Shown: piece after piece, positions 1 to 9,687 of the stretch
How the letters are laid out: each line of letters starts with the position of its first letter
How positions within the stretch are numbered: the first letter of the stretch is position 1
Source: Elusimicrobia bacterium RIFCSPLOWO2_02_FULL_39_32
GTDB taxonomy: Bacteria > Elusimicrobiota > Elusimicrobia > 2-02-FULL-39-32
NCBI GenBank assembly: GCA_001800135.1
Contig: MGUU01000011.1
Location: 8,842-72,841 of the forward strand
Length of the DNA: 64,000 nucleotides
Direction: 5' to 3'
Program-made: the position numbers and the translations under genes
Notes under the pieces: model-generated
What the model was told of the DNA's origin: nothing
The model's input: the letters and a program-made list of their open reading frames with translations, nothing else
The model's database searches: none

Positions 1-723
1 CTGACCCAAGGCTGCCCTCCAGATCAAAAAAATCTGGTTTGGAAAGCTGCGGAACATTTCTTCAAAGAATTTAATCTAAACAAATCCTGTGAAATTATTT
101 TAAAGAAAAAAATACCAATAGAGGCAGGGTTGGGAGGAGGTTCTTCAGATGCGGCAGCAACGCTTAAAGGGCTGGCTCAACTATTTCTTAAATCCTCTTA
201 TTCTTCTTTCAAAATACAATCCAAGCTCATTAGATGCGCTTCTAAATTAGGAGCAGATGTGCCGTTTTTCCTTAAAGGAGGGTGCGCTTTAGGTAAGGGC
301 ATAGGGGAAAAAATAAGCGCCATTACCCCGGCTCCAAAGTTTTGGTGCGTGATCGTGAAACCTGAAATTGGATGTTCCACAAAAGAGGCCTACGCTTGGT
401 GGGATGAAACCCGGCAAAAAAAAGGATTAAAATTGACTGAAAATTCAAATATTAATATAATGATAAATTCCCTAATAAAACAAAAGGGCCGAAAGGCATG
501 GAGTTTATGCATAAAAAACTCCTTTGAGGATGTTGTTCTTTCCAAAATTCCTGAACTAAAAAAATGTAAGCAGGAAATACTTTCTCAAGGGGCAGAGAGC
601 GCATGTCTCTCCGGTTCAGGATCTGCTTTTTTTGGAATTGTTTCTTCCAAAAAGGTTGGGGAAGAGGTAAAAAAGAAATTATTGCATTCTTATCAAAACG
701 TTTGGTTAGTTCAATCACTTTAG
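1..723 (+). CDS. ispE: 4-diphosphocytidyl-2-C-methyl-D-erythritol kinase, 5'-truncated by the window edge
   Basis: GHMP-kinase glycine-rich motif GLGGGSSDAAA. The frame is open from nt 1 (LTQGCPPDQKNLVWKAAEHF...). Confidence 0.8.
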   Translation: MTQGCPPDQKNLVWKAAEHFFKEFNLNKSCEIILKKKIPIEAGLGGGSSDAAATLKGLAQLFLKSSYSSFKIQSKLIRCASKLGADVPFFLKGGCALGKGIGEKISAITPAPKFWCVIVKPEIGCSTKEAYAWWDETRQKKGLKLTENSNINIMINSLIKQKGRKAWSLCIKNSFEDVVLSKIPELKKCKQEILSQGAESACLSGSGSAFFGIVSSKKVGEEVKKKLLHSYQNVWLVQSL

Positions 724-775
724 ATAAAAAAGTTTTGCTGCGCATTAGAAGTAGATGGTCAAGGAGGTTTCTCTC

Positions 776-1087
776 ATGGAAATTACAGAAGTTCGTGTGA
801 GCTGCCGGAATGAAGAACGATTAAAAGCCTATGTAACAGTCACTTTTGACAGCGCGTTTGTTGTACGCCACATCCGCATTGTTAAAACAGAAAAAGGTCT
901 TTTAGTTTCCATGCCGTCGCGTAAGCTCCCGGATGGCACTCACAAAGATATTGCTCATCCCATTACCCAAGAATTTCGAAAAAAACTAGAAACCAAAATT
1001 CTTGCGGCTTATGAGGAAGAATCCAAAAAAGAACCAACCATAACGCATCCGGCTCCACAAGAGAAAATAGAGATTACAGGAAAATGA
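776..1087 (+). CDS. spoVG: SpoVG family protein
   Basis: MEITEVRV...AYVTVTFD..FVV..I.....G..V.MPSRK..DGT..DIAHPI matches SpoVG. AAGGAGG at 761-767 sits 8 nt before ATG 776. The track's upstream start at 755 has no RBS. Confidence 0.85.
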   Translation: MEITEVRVSCRNEERLKAYVTVTFDSAFVVRHIRIVKTEKGLLVSMPSRKLPDGTHKDIAHPITQEFRKKLETKILAAYEEESKKEPTITHPAPQEKIEITGK

Positions 1088-1138
1088 ACAAGGGGAGAAC
1101 AAACAAAATTTTAACCTTCAAAGTTTAGAGTTCTTTCT

Positions 1139-1209
1139 TCCGGGGTGGTGTAATGGTAACACAGGAGACTTTGGATCTCCCATTCCTGGTTCGAGTCCAG
1201 GCTCCGGAG
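1139..1209 (+). tRNA. tRNA-Gln (anticodon TTG)
   Basis: I folded a cloverleaf by hand: acceptor TCCGGGG/CTCCGGA, D-stem GTGT/ACAC, anticodon stem GGAGA/TCTCC with loop CTTTGGA, T-arm CCTGG-TTCGAGT-CCAGG. It has a U1-A72 pair as in bacterial tRNA-Gln. CCA is not encoded. Confidence 0.75.
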
Positions 1210-1276
1210 AGATTTTTAGTCATCTCTAAAAAACGAGAGTCTTAAACTTCAAAAACTTTAAAAAAAATAAAGCGCT

Positions 1277-2677
1277 ATGTCAAAAAAATATTCCATACTC
1301 ATTTTAGCTGCTGGAGAAGGGACAAGGATGCGATCCTCCTCAATTCCAAAAGTAATGCACACCCTTTGCGGTGTTCCTTTGATCCAAAGGGTGATCAAAG
1401 CGAGCATGCCTATTCCTCAAGAGAAGATTGGAATTGTGGTAGGCTATGGCAATGAAAAAATAAAAGAAGAGCTAAAAAAACAAAAGAATATTGAGCTTAT
1501 CCCACAAAAAAAGCAGATGGGTTCAGGAAACGCGGTCCAATCTGCAAAAAACTGGCTTCAACACGTTTCAAAATCCTCTTCTCACATTCTAGTTGTTTGC
1601 GGAGACACCCCTCTTATTTCTTCAGAAACTCTTCTTTCTTTTTGTAACTTTCATTTAAAACAAGAAAATAACGCTTCTATCCTTTCTTTTAAAACTTCCC
1701 AACCTTTTGGATACGGACGAATTGTTAGGGATCAAAATTTAAGAGTGCAAAAAATTGTGGAAGAAAAAGATGCGACATTGGAAGAAAAAAATATTGACGA
1801 GGTCAATTCAGCCATTTATTGTTTTGAAATTAAAAAATTGCTGGAAATTTTGCCGCATTTAAAAAATAATAACGCTAAAAAAGAATATTATCTAACGGAT
1901 GTGATTGAGCATTTCTATAATAAAAGATTAAAAGTTGATGCTTTCCAAAGCGGCGCCAGAAATGGATTAGCCATCAAGGAAACCATGGGAATCAATACAA
2001 GAGTTGAATTGAGCATGGCTGAAGAGTTCCTTCAAGAAAAAATCAGAAATTATTGGATGGAGCAGGGTGTCACCATGTTAAATCCTTCTTCCATCTATAT
2101 TGAAGAAAAAGTCACCATTGGAAAAGATACGCTTTTATTGCCTCAAACTATGCTGCTGGGCGCAACCAAAATTGGAGAACGCTGCAAAATTGGTCCTTCT
2201 AGTTTTATAGAAAATTCTAATATTGGCGAGAATACAGTGGTTCGCGCTTCTTTTATTTATGGCTCAACCATCGGCAATAAAGTTGAAATTGGGCCCTATA
2301 CCCATTTAAGAACAGGCTCTGTGGTTCAGGATGAAGCAAGGATAGGAAACTTTACAGAGATAAAAAATTCAAATATCGGCAAGGAAACAAAGGTCTCTCA
2401 TCTAGCTTATATCGGCGATTCTATTTTGGGAGAAAAAATTAATGTTGGCGCGGGCGCGATTACCTGTAATTTCGACGGAAAAAATAAACATAAAACAACT
2501 ATTGGTTCTCAATCCTTTGTTGGATCCAATGTAAATCTGATCGCCCCTGTAAAGGTTGGGGCTAGATCCGTTCTTGCAGCGGGCTCTACTATTACTGAGG
2601 ACGTGCCTTCAGATTCTCTAGCAATTGAAAGAACATCCTTGGTCATCAAAAAAGGTTGGGTTAAAAAAAGAAAATAA
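1277..2677 (+). CDS. glmU: bifunctional UDP-N-acetylglucosamine pyrophosphorylase / glucosamine-1-phosphate N-acetyltransferase
   Basis: N-terminal LILAAGEGTRMRS...PKVMH nucleotidyltransferase motif plus a C-terminal left-handed beta-helix hexapeptide region (VGAGAITCNFDG...). Confidence 0.9.
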   Translation: MSKKYSILILAAGEGTRMRSSSIPKVMHTLCGVPLIQRVIKASMPIPQEKIGIVVGYGNEKIKEELKKQKNIELIPQKKQMGSGNAVQSAKNWLQHVSKSSSHILVVCGDTPLISSETLLSFCNFHLKQENNASILSFKTSQPFGYGRIVRDQNLRVQKIVEEKDATLEEKNIDEVNSAIYCFEIKKLLEILPHLKNNNAKKEYYLTDVIEHFYNKRLKVDAFQSGARNGLAIKETMGINTRVELSMAEEFLQEKIRNYWMEQGVTMLNPSSIYIEEKVTIGKDTLLLPQTMLLGATKIGERCKIGPSSFIENSNIGENTVVRASFIYGSTIGNKVEIGPYTHLRTGSVVQDEARIGNFTEIKNSNIGKETKVSHLAYIGDSILGEKINVGAGAITCNFDGKNKHKTTIGSQSFVGSNVNLIAPVKVGARSVLAAGSTITEDVPSDSLAIERTSLVIKKGWVKKRK

Positions 2678-2702
2678 ACGATTAAAAAGGGAGAAAATTC
2701 TT

Positions 2703-3665
2703 ATGCGAACTTATAACAATAACACCCTAAAAATTTTTTCTGGCAATTCTAATCTGCCTTTAACTGAGGAAATTTGTGCCATTTTAGGAATTCCTTTAGG
2801 ACGCGCTCATGTGGGAAGGTTTCCTGATGGAGAAGTAGAAGTAAAAATCGAAGAAAATGTAAGAGGATACGATTGTTTTGTCGTACAACCCACCTCTTAT
2901 CCGGCAAATGACAATTTAATGGAACTGCTGCTTCTCATGGATGCTTTAAGGCGGGCAAGCGCGGATAGAATTACCGCTGTTTTACCCTACTATGGTTATG
3001 GCAGACAAGATAGAAAAGCTGAACCTCGAGTGCCCATCTCAGCAAAACTTGTGGCAAACTTAATTCAAGCCGCAGGAGCAGACAGAGTTTTAACCATGGA
3101 TTTACATGCTGGGCAGATTCAGGGTTTTTTTGATATTCCCGTAGATCACCTCTACGCAAACCCTGTGATTATAGACTATTTTAAAAGAAAAAGTTTTATC
3201 AATAATGAACCTGGGACTTTGGTGATTGTTTCACCAGACGCAGGCGGAGTAGAAAGAGCCAGAGCCTTTGCCAAACGCTTAAACGGGGAACTGGCCATTG
3301 TGGACAAAAGAAGAATTTCTCCCAGAGAAGCAGCGGTCATGACAATTGTGGGAGACGTAAAAGACAAATACGCAATTCTTATTGACGATATTATTGATAC
3401 CGCAGGCACTTTGTGCAAAGCCTGTGAGGCCCTTCATCGCGCAGGGGCAAAAAAGATTTTTGCTGGCTGCGCCCATGGAATTTTTGCAGGGCCAGCCATT
3501 GAAAGATTAAACCAAGCTCCAATTGAGGAAATTGTAGTTACGAATTCAGTTCCTTTAAAACAATCAAAACCAGACTATATCACTGTGCTTTCTATAGCCA
3601 ATCTCTTGGCTGAAGCTATTGAGCGCATTCATTCTGGTTCCTCTGTCAGTGAGCTCTTTGTGTAA
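2703..3665 (+). CDS. prs: ribose-phosphate pyrophosphokinase
   Basis: LKIFSGNSN...RFPDGEV.V.I.E.VRG.D.F..QPT...ND.LMELL....ALRRASA.RITAV.PY..Y.RQDRK matches the PRPP synthetase signature. ATG 2703 is preceded by a GGGAG RBS. Confidence 0.9.
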   Translation: MRTYNNNTLKIFSGNSNLPLTEEICAILGIPLGRAHVGRFPDGEVEVKIEENVRGYDCFVVQPTSYPANDNLMELLLLMDALRRASADRITAVLPYYGYGRQDRKAEPRVPISAKLVANLIQAAGADRVLTMDLHAGQIQGFFDIPVDHLYANPVIIDYFKRKSFINNEPGTLVIVSPDAGGVERARAFAKRLNGELAIVDKRRISPREAAVMTIVGDVKDKYAILIDDIIDTAGTLCKACEALHRAGAKKIFAGCAHGIFAGPAIERLNQAPIEEIVVTNSVPLKQSKPDYITVLSIANLLAEAIERIHSGSSVSELFV

Positions 3666-3678
3666 GGAGAATGAAACA

Positions 3679-4410
3679 ATGCAAAACATAATCTTAAGTG
3701 CAGAAACAAGAGAATCCGTCTCAAACGGAAAACTAAATGAGTTGCGTAAATCTGGCTGGATCCCGGCTGTACTCTATGGAGGCCATTCTGGGGAAAAAAG
3801 CGACAAAAATATTCTGATAAAAGTAAAAGAAAAAAGTTTACAGAAAACCATTGGCAGCCACAATGCAATATTAGAACTAAAAGTGGGAAACCAAAGCGAC
3901 TCTGTTCTTATCAAAGAAATCCAAAGGGATGTCGTTACCCAAAAGCTGCTTCATGTGGATTTTCAAAGAGTAAGCATGACGGAAAAATTAGAAGTGATGG
4001 TGCCTTTACACCTAGTGGGAGAAGCTAAAGGAGTAAAACTTTCAGGAGGAATTCTGCAGCATTTAGTTCGGGAAATAAAAATCCTTGCGCTGCCTAAAGA
4101 TTTACCGTCTGCAATTAATCTGGATGTTAGCGGGTTAGAAATTGGACATGGACTACTTGCAAGCGAAATCCCCGCAATTGCTGGGGTACAGCTTTTACTA
4201 GATCCGCACCAGATGATTGCAAACGTTGTTGCCCCAACTATTTTAGAGGAAACTCCACAAGCTCCGGGAGCTGCAACAGCCGCTGAACCAGAGGTCATTG
4301 CCAAAGGTAAAAAACCTGAAGAAGGTGAAGAAGCTGCTGCCACAGCCACAGCTAAACCTGGAGAAAAGGGAGCAGCTGCTCCCAAAACAACTGGAACTCC
4401 AGCTAAATGA
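3679..4410 (+). CDS. rplY: 50S ribosomal protein bL25 / general stress protein Ctc, with an Ala/Pro/Glu/Lys-rich C-terminal tail
   Basis: The L25 N-domain (R...GKLNELRK.G.IPAVLYGG...) is followed by a beta-barrel and a low-complexity tail. AAGGAGA RBS at 3664-3670 sits 8 nt before ATG 3679. Confidence 0.85.
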   Translation: MQNIILSAETRESVSNGKLNELRKSGWIPAVLYGGHSGEKSDKNILIKVKEKSLQKTIGSHNAILELKVGNQSDSVLIKEIQRDVVTQKLLHVDFQRVSMTEKLEVMVPLHLVGEAKGVKLSGGILQHLVREIKILALPKDLPSAINLDVSGLEIGHGLLASEIPAIAGVQLLLDPHQMIANVVAPTILEETPQAPGAATAAEPEVIAKGKKPEEGEEAAATATAKPGEKGAAAPKTTGTPAK

Positions 4411-4556
4411 TCCCCTTTACCTTCTGAACTGACTTGATTGTAAAATGATTTGACCCATGAGACAATTAATAGTTGGATTAAATAGAATAAACCGCATTAT
4501 TCTCTTAATTGAAAAACGAAATTATTTGAGCTAGTTTCCTAAATTTTCTCTAAAAG

Positions 4557-5129
4557 ATGGAACATCCCATTCGGTTTGTCATAGGTTTAGGAAATCCTGA
4601 TCCTCAATATGAAGGAACTCCTCACAATTTGGGAAGAACTTTAATGGAAAAAATTCAAAGAGAAAAAAATCTAAATTGGCAAAAAGAAAAAATGTATGAC
4701 ACGACTCTTTCCAACCCTTCTTTTGTGCGGTTAAATAGTTATATGAATGCTTCAGGCATTGCTGTAGAGCATCTGGTTAAAAAAACGAAAGTTGAACCAA
4801 CGCAACTTTTAATTTGCTTTGATGATTTTGATTTAACTTTAGGAACCCTGCGCGTACGAAAAAAAGGTTCTGGCGGCAGCCATAATGGTTTAAAGTCAAT
4901 CGTTGAATCTTTAGGCACAAAAGAATTCCCCAGACTCCGCTTAGGTATTGGGCCTCTTCCTAAAGGAAAAGACCCTTCTCAGTTTGTGCTTAGTCCTTTT
5001 TCTAAAAAAGATAAAGAGATTGTCCAAAAGATGCTGGAACAAGGGATCCTAGCTATTGAAACTATTCTGAAACAGGGTTTAGAATTTGCAATGAACCAAT
5101 ATAACAAAAATAACGGTAATGTTAACTAA
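4557..5129 (+). CDS. pth: peptidyl-tRNA hydrolase
   Basis: N-terminal VIGLGNPDPQYEGTPHNLG matches the Pth signature including the catalytic His. Confidence 0.9.
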   Translation: MEHPIRFVIGLGNPDPQYEGTPHNLGRTLMEKIQREKNLNWQKEKMYDTTLSNPSFVRLNSYMNASGIAVEHLVKKTKVEPTQLLICFDDFDLTLGTLRVRKKGSGGSHNGLKSIVESLGTKEFPRLRLGIGPLPKGKDPSQFVLSPFSKKDKEIVQKMLEQGILAIETILKQGLEFAMNQYNKNNGNVN

Positions 5130-5172
5130 AATTTAAAAGTGTCCAATTTAAATTCTTAAATGACATAATAAT

Positions 5173-5200
5173 TGACATGAAAAAAAAATTTTTATTAAAT
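5173..5200 (+). promoter_or_regulatory. candidate sigma70-type promoter (TTGACA-N16-TTAAAT) for the Rieske/cyt b operon
   Basis: TTGACA at 5173-5178 and TTAAAT at 5195-5200, only ~12 nt upstream of ATG 5213. The transcript would be short-leadered with no clear SD. Confidence 0.3.
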
Positions 5201-5212
5201 AGTTAGAATTTT

Positions 5213-5794
5213 ATGGAACAAACAAAAGAAAATAGCCCAATCAATAGCTCTGCAAATACAGCTATTCCCGCAAATAGTGTAAAAAATAATGTACTCCCCA
5301 GTTCTTCCCAACAGGGAATAAAACGCAGAGATTTTTTATGGACCGCATGGGCTTCATTTGCCACTTTTCTTGCAGCTTCCGCAGGAGCCATGGGCAAATT
5401 TCTTTTTCCTAACGTACTCTATGAATCTCCTCAAATTTTCAAGGCTGGTAAACCAGAAGATTATTCTCTGGGAGTTTCTACAAAGTGGATGAAGGACCAG
5501 CGCGTATGGATTGTAAAAACCCCTTCCCAGCTTTATGCTCTTTGGGGACGTTGCACTCATTTAGGCTGCACCCCAAATTGGTTCGACGCTGAAAAAAGAT
5601 TTAAATGTCCTTGTCATGGTTCAAATTTCACCAGCGAAGGAGATGTGATTGCAGGTCCTGCCCCAAAACCTTTAAACCGCTGCGCTATTGCCCTGCTTCC
5701 TACAGGAGAAATCTTAATAGACAAATCCATCCTAGAAACCCGCCCGGGGTTTCGTGAAAAAGATCAATTTAGAATTGCTTTTAAAGAAGCATAA
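5213..5794 (+). CDS. Rieske [2Fe-2S] subunit of a cytochrome bc-type complex, Tat-exported
   Basis: Twin-arginine motif KRRDFLW. Rieske boxes CTHLGC and CPCHGS. Confidence 0.9.
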   Translation: MEQTKENSPINSSANTAIPANSVKNNVLPSSSQQGIKRRDFLWTAWASFATFLAASAGAMGKFLFPNVLYESPQIFKAGKPEDYSLGVSTKWMKDQRVWIVKTPSQLYALWGRCTHLGCTPNWFDAEKRFKCPCHGSNFTSEGDVIAGPAPKPLNRCAIALLPTGEILIDKSILETRPGFREKDQFRIAFKEA

Positions 5795-5808
5795 AAAAGT
5801 TCTCTTCA

Positions 5809-7434
5809 ATGAAAATATCTTTTGAACAAATAAAAAAAGAAATAATTGAACATCCCATTTGGCGTTCCATGTTCCGCGGAGGGAAATGGCACGATACTGC
5901 GCGGGACAGAGCTCAACATATTATTGGCAACGTCTGGCTGCATCTGCATCCAGCAAAACTTCGTAAAAGAGCAGTTCGCTTTACTTATACATGGGGGTTG
6001 GGCGGGCTTTCTTTTGGGCTCTTCTTTGTTTTAACTGTTTCCGGCATTCTTTTAATGTTTTATTACCGCCCCACTATTCAGCTCGCGTATCAAGATATTA
6101 AGGATTTGGAATATGTGGTCACCATGGGATCTTTCTGGAGAAATTTTCACCGCTGGGCCGCTCACTTAATGGTCCTAATTACTATTTTTCACATGATCAG
6201 AGTATTCTTAACAGGTTCCTATAAATCTCCTCGAGAATTTAACTGGGTGGTTGGCACTATTCTTTTAGTTTTAACTCTTCTCCTTTCTTTTAGCGGATAC
6301 CTTCTCCCTTGGGACCAAATTGCGATTTGGGCTATTACCGTAGGCGCAAATATGGCTTCTAATACACCTATTTTAGGAGCTGAAGGGCCTTTTTCTATTG
6401 TAAACATCAAAAATGATGCTCGCTTTATGCTGCTAGGAGGAACCTATGTTGGAGAAGCAGCACTCTTAAGATTCTATGTACTACATTGCGTAGCTTTTCC
6501 CTTTGTCACTGGAGTTTTCTTAATTGTTCATTTCTGGAGAATAAGAAAAGATGGTTTTTCTGCCGCTCCCTTAGATTTAAAAAATAAAAATGAAGAAAAA
6601 CTAGATGTCTGGCCAAATCTTGTTGTAAGGGAATATCTATACGCAATGATCGCCTTAGCTCTACTGATAGCTTGGTCTGTATTTATTCAAGCTCCTTTAG
6701 AAGAACAAGCTAATTTAAATGTAACGCCCAATCCAGCAAAAGCTCCTTGGTATTTTTTAGGATTGCAAGAACTCTTAGTCTATTTCGATCCTTGGATCGC
6801 AGGAGTGCTTCTGCCAACATTAATTATTGTTGGCCTCATGGCTATTCCTTACCTTGACAATAACCCCAATGGAATAGGCTATTATTCTCTTAAAGAAAGG
6901 CCTTTTGCCAATACATTTTTTTTATTTGGCATTGCCCTCTGGTTTATATTAATTTTAATTGGCACTTACTTAAGAGGCCCAAACTGGGGTTGGTATTGGC
7001 CATGGGAGGATTGGATGCATCACAAGCCACCTCCTCCTTCAGCCTGGAATGTGCCTAATAGTATAGGCTTGGGGCTTTTAGCTCTGTATTTTCTGGGAGG
7101 AATCTTTTTACCGCGATGGATCAAAAAAGAAATTCCTTTTAAAAAATATTCTTGGATTGGAACAGCCATTATTTTGATTCTTTGCCTGGCATTAAAACCT
7201 ATTTTTCATTTGGGCTGGACTCAAGCTCTTTGGATATCCTTTGCAGCCATTCTCTACTACATTTTAGGGATCCTTCTTCCTCAACAATATATCCGTACAA
7301 TTTCCTGGCCAAGATATGTGATTGCAATGCTATTCCTCTTAATGACCATAGGAGTGCTTTTGAAAGTAGGTTTACGGTTAGGATTTAACATCAAATATAT
7401 TTTTACTTTGCCCCAATTTAATTTTAATATTTAA
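5809..7434 (+). CDS. cytochrome b subunit of the bc complex (fused b6/subunit-IV-like with extra C-terminal helices)
   Basis: Cytochrome b N-domain with heme-ligating His pairs (WAAHLMVLITIFHMIRVF...). It is a polytopic membrane protein of 541 aa. Confidence 0.85.
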   Translation: MKISFEQIKKEIIEHPIWRSMFRGGKWHDTARDRAQHIIGNVWLHLHPAKLRKRAVRFTYTWGLGGLSFGLFFVLTVSGILLMFYYRPTIQLAYQDIKDLEYVVTMGSFWRNFHRWAAHLMVLITIFHMIRVFLTGSYKSPREFNWVVGTILLVLTLLLSFSGYLLPWDQIAIWAITVGANMASNTPILGAEGPFSIVNIKNDARFMLLGGTYVGEAALLRFYVLHCVAFPFVTGVFLIVHFWRIRKDGFSAAPLDLKNKNEEKLDVWPNLVVREYLYAMIALALLIAWSVFIQAPLEEQANLNVTPNPAKAPWYFLGLQELLVYFDPWIAGVLLPTLIIVGLMAIPYLDNNPNGIGYYSLKERPFANTFFLFGIALWFILILIGTYLRGPNWGWYWPWEDWMHHKPPPPSAWNVPNSIGLGLLALYFLGGIFLPRWIKKEIPFKKYSWIGTAIILILCLALKPIFHLGWTQALWISFAAILYYILGILLPQQYIRTISWPRYVIAMLFLLMTIGVLLKVGLRLGFNIKYIFTLPQFNFNI

Positions 7435-7439
7435 CCTAC

Positions 7440-8816
7440 ATGAAATTTAGAGAAATATTTTTTAACAAAATTTTCACTCTGCGCAACCTTTTTTTTATTT
7501 CCAATTTTCTTGTTCTTGGTTTATTCTTCTATGCCTTAGCCCACGACTTTTTTAGAGAATGGAAACCTTATCAAAAAGAATATAAACTAAAAGAAAAAAA
7601 ACGGGTTAGAGATTTAATGGAAAAAGGAGATGCTGCAACTAAATCTGGTCTGAACGATGAACTAAAAAAAGCAAAAGCGATGCGCCTAGAAATTAAACAG
7701 ATACTAGCGACTGACATGAACCGGGTAGATCGCTGTATCACCTGCCATTTAGGCCATGACAGTTTTACCAATCCCACTCTGATCAATGATTATAAAGAGC
7801 ACCCTTATGCAGCTCCTAAAAATGAGATTCATGAAAAACATCCCTTTGAAAAATATGGCTGCACCATTTGCCACGAAGGTCAGGGCTTGGCCACCACCTT
7901 TGTGGGAGCTGGCCACATGCCAAAAGATGAAGCTCAAAAAAAAGTTTGGAAAGAAAAACATGATTGGAAAACTATAGAATTCTGGGAACACCCAATGAAG
8001 GCAGGACCTCAAATTTTTGCAACCTGCTCTAAATGCCATGAAGCCCATCCTCCTGTAAAAGGAGTAGAAATTGTTAAAAAAGGTAAACAACTCTTTTTTG
8101 AAAATGGCTGTATTGGCTGCCATCAGGTGAGAGGAGAAGGCGGGACCATTGCTCCGGATATTGCGGAAGAAACCTCTGTAAAACCTCTAGCTAGAATAGA
8201 TTTTGGTTTTGCGGTAAGCGCTGGGTTAATTAATAAAGAGGAAAGAACATTAGAAAATTGGATTAGACTTCATTTTACAGCTAATCCAGCTGTGCTTACC
8301 CCAGGAGATCCTGAAGGTCATTTAAGCCCTGATCCAAAAAATCCACAGCCTGTAGCGCCAACTGCCATGCCCTATTTTGGATTTAATAAAGATGAATCTG
8401 AGGCTTTAGTCGCTTATGTCAGTTCTTTAAAAAGAGAAAAAATTCCATACACTTATCGCATACCTGCTTTAAAAGAACCAGAACCAACTTTTTCCAATGC
8501 AGTTAAACATGGGAGATTTATTTTTCAAAAATATGGATGTACAGGATGCCATGGAAAAAATGCGGATCAGGGAATCCCTATCTTTAATAAACAGGGGGGC
8601 AGAGCTCCTGACCTAGTAAAAACCGTAGGAACTTTTACAAGGGAAGAATTAATTGAAAAAATACAAACAGGCGTTAACCCTGAAGAAAAAGAAAATCCAA
8701 AAGGACCTACCCCGCCGGTTTATATGCCCAGCTTTAAGGATAAAATCAAAGGGCAAGAAATGGAACATCTTGTAAGCTATTTATTGAGTATTGCTGAAAA
8801 GACAGAAGAGTGGTAG
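7440..8816 (+). CDS. membrane-anchored pentaheme c-type cytochrome (cytochrome c subunit of the bc complex)
   Basis: N-terminal TM helix. Five CXXCH motifs: CITCH, CTICH, CSKCH, CIGCH, CTGCH. Confidence 0.8.
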   Translation: MKFREIFFNKIFTLRNLFFISNFLVLGLFFYALAHDFFREWKPYQKEYKLKEKKRVRDLMEKGDAATKSGLNDELKKAKAMRLEIKQILATDMNRVDRCITCHLGHDSFTNPTLINDYKEHPYAAPKNEIHEKHPFEKYGCTICHEGQGLATTFVGAGHMPKDEAQKKVWKEKHDWKTIEFWEHPMKAGPQIFATCSKCHEAHPPVKGVEIVKKGKQLFFENGCIGCHQVRGEGGTIAPDIAEETSVKPLARIDFGFAVSAGLINKEERTLENWIRLHFTANPAVLTPGDPEGHLSPDPKNPQPVAPTAMPYFGFNKDESEALVAYVSSLKREKIPYTYRIPALKEPEPTFSNAVKHGRFIFQKYGCTGCHGKNADQGIPIFNKQGGRAPDLVKTVGTFTREELIEKIQTGVNPEEKENPKGPTPPVYMPSFKDKIKGQEMEHLVSYLLSIAEKTEEW

Positions 8817-8870
8817 AATTTATACATCTAAAATAAATTTTGGGATTCAAATAAGGAGGCACCATTGAAA

Positions 8871-9434
8871 ATGAAGAAAAAAATATTTTTTTTAGTTCTC
8901 TTTAGTTCTTTACTGTTCACACACCTCACTCTTTTTAGCGCGGATAAGGATGCCCCTAGCAGCGCAGAGGCTGAAAAAGAAAAAGCTTTAAAAAATCCTT
9001 ATCCCAATGATCTTGGTCCGGAAAAAATTGATATTTCTAAATATAGCGCTGAATTGCAAGAAGGATATAAACTGATGTTAGACAAATGCGCAAAGTGCCA
9101 TACCCCTTCCCGCCCTTTAAATTCTCAATTTTTAGATTTAAAACCAGAAGAGCTCCAAACGCTAAAAAGCTCCAATCCTGAAATCTTTAAAGATAAACTG
9201 GTCTGGCAAATAGAGACTGGCATCTGGCAAAGATACATTAAACGGATGATGGCAAAGCCAGGATGTAACATCAACACCCAAGAAGGCAAAAAAATCTGGA
9301 AATTTATAGTAGAAGACTCAAAAAAAAGGAAAACAGGAGCTCAAGCAAAGGTTTGGGCAGAACATCGCAAAAAATTATTAGCTGAATTTAAAACAAAATA
9401 TCCAGATCGTTTCAAAGAGCTTTTTGAAAAATAA
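8871..9434 (+). CDS. secreted monoheme cytochrome c
   Basis: Signal peptide MKKKIFFLVLFSSLLFTHLTLFSA and a single CAKCH motif. AAGGAGG at 8854-8860 favours ATG 8871 over the TTG at 8865. Confidence 0.7.
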   Translation: MKKKIFFLVLFSSLLFTHLTLFSADKDAPSSAEAEKEKALKNPYPNDLGPEKIDISKYSAELQEGYKLMLDKCAKCHTPSRPLNSQFLDLKPEELQTLKSSNPEIFKDKLVWQIETGIWQRYIKRMMAKPGCNINTQEGKKIWKFIVEDSKKRKTGAQAKVWAEHRKKLLAEFKTKYPDRFKELFEK

Positions 9435-9492
9435 TAAAAATCCATCCTCCCCCTCTGGATTTATTTAAATTAAAGCCATTTTGTATTAAAAT

Positions 9493-9529
9493 TTGACATT
9501 CCTACTCTGTTTAAATAAATTAGGAATGT
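9493..9529 (+). promoter_or_regulatory. candidate promoter (TTGACA-N17-TAAATT) overlapping a perfect 9-bp inverted repeat (ACATTCCTA...TAGGAATGT)
   Basis: I read this directly in the 250-nt intergenic region upstream of fixC. Confidence 0.3.
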
Positions 9530-9687
9530 AGAAAAACAAGTGTTAAAAAAATTGAACTAAATATTCAGATTAACCAAAATATTTATGCTAACATGAATCG
9601 CTTAACCCGAATGCATGCATTAGAAAATGAGAACCGAGAAAAACAATCCAACTAAATGATTCGTATTAATCACTAATCTTTATTGAT

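Noticed and set aside
198-745. Antisense and out-of-frame ORFs (198-380, 452-745, 603-800) inside or across the ispE 3' end
   Set aside because: They overlap a well-supported ispE reading frame and have no recognisable motifs. They are typical shadow ORFs.
2971-4385. Minus-strand ORFs within prs and the bL25 gene (2971-3159, 3176-3476, 3629-3868, 3963-4385)
   Set aside because: They lie antisense to strongly supported genes and are low-complexity or Ala-rich. They mirror the bL25 tail.
8865-8870. TTG start for the monoheme cytochrome c
   Set aside because: The AAGGAGG RBS spacing fits ATG 8871 much better.
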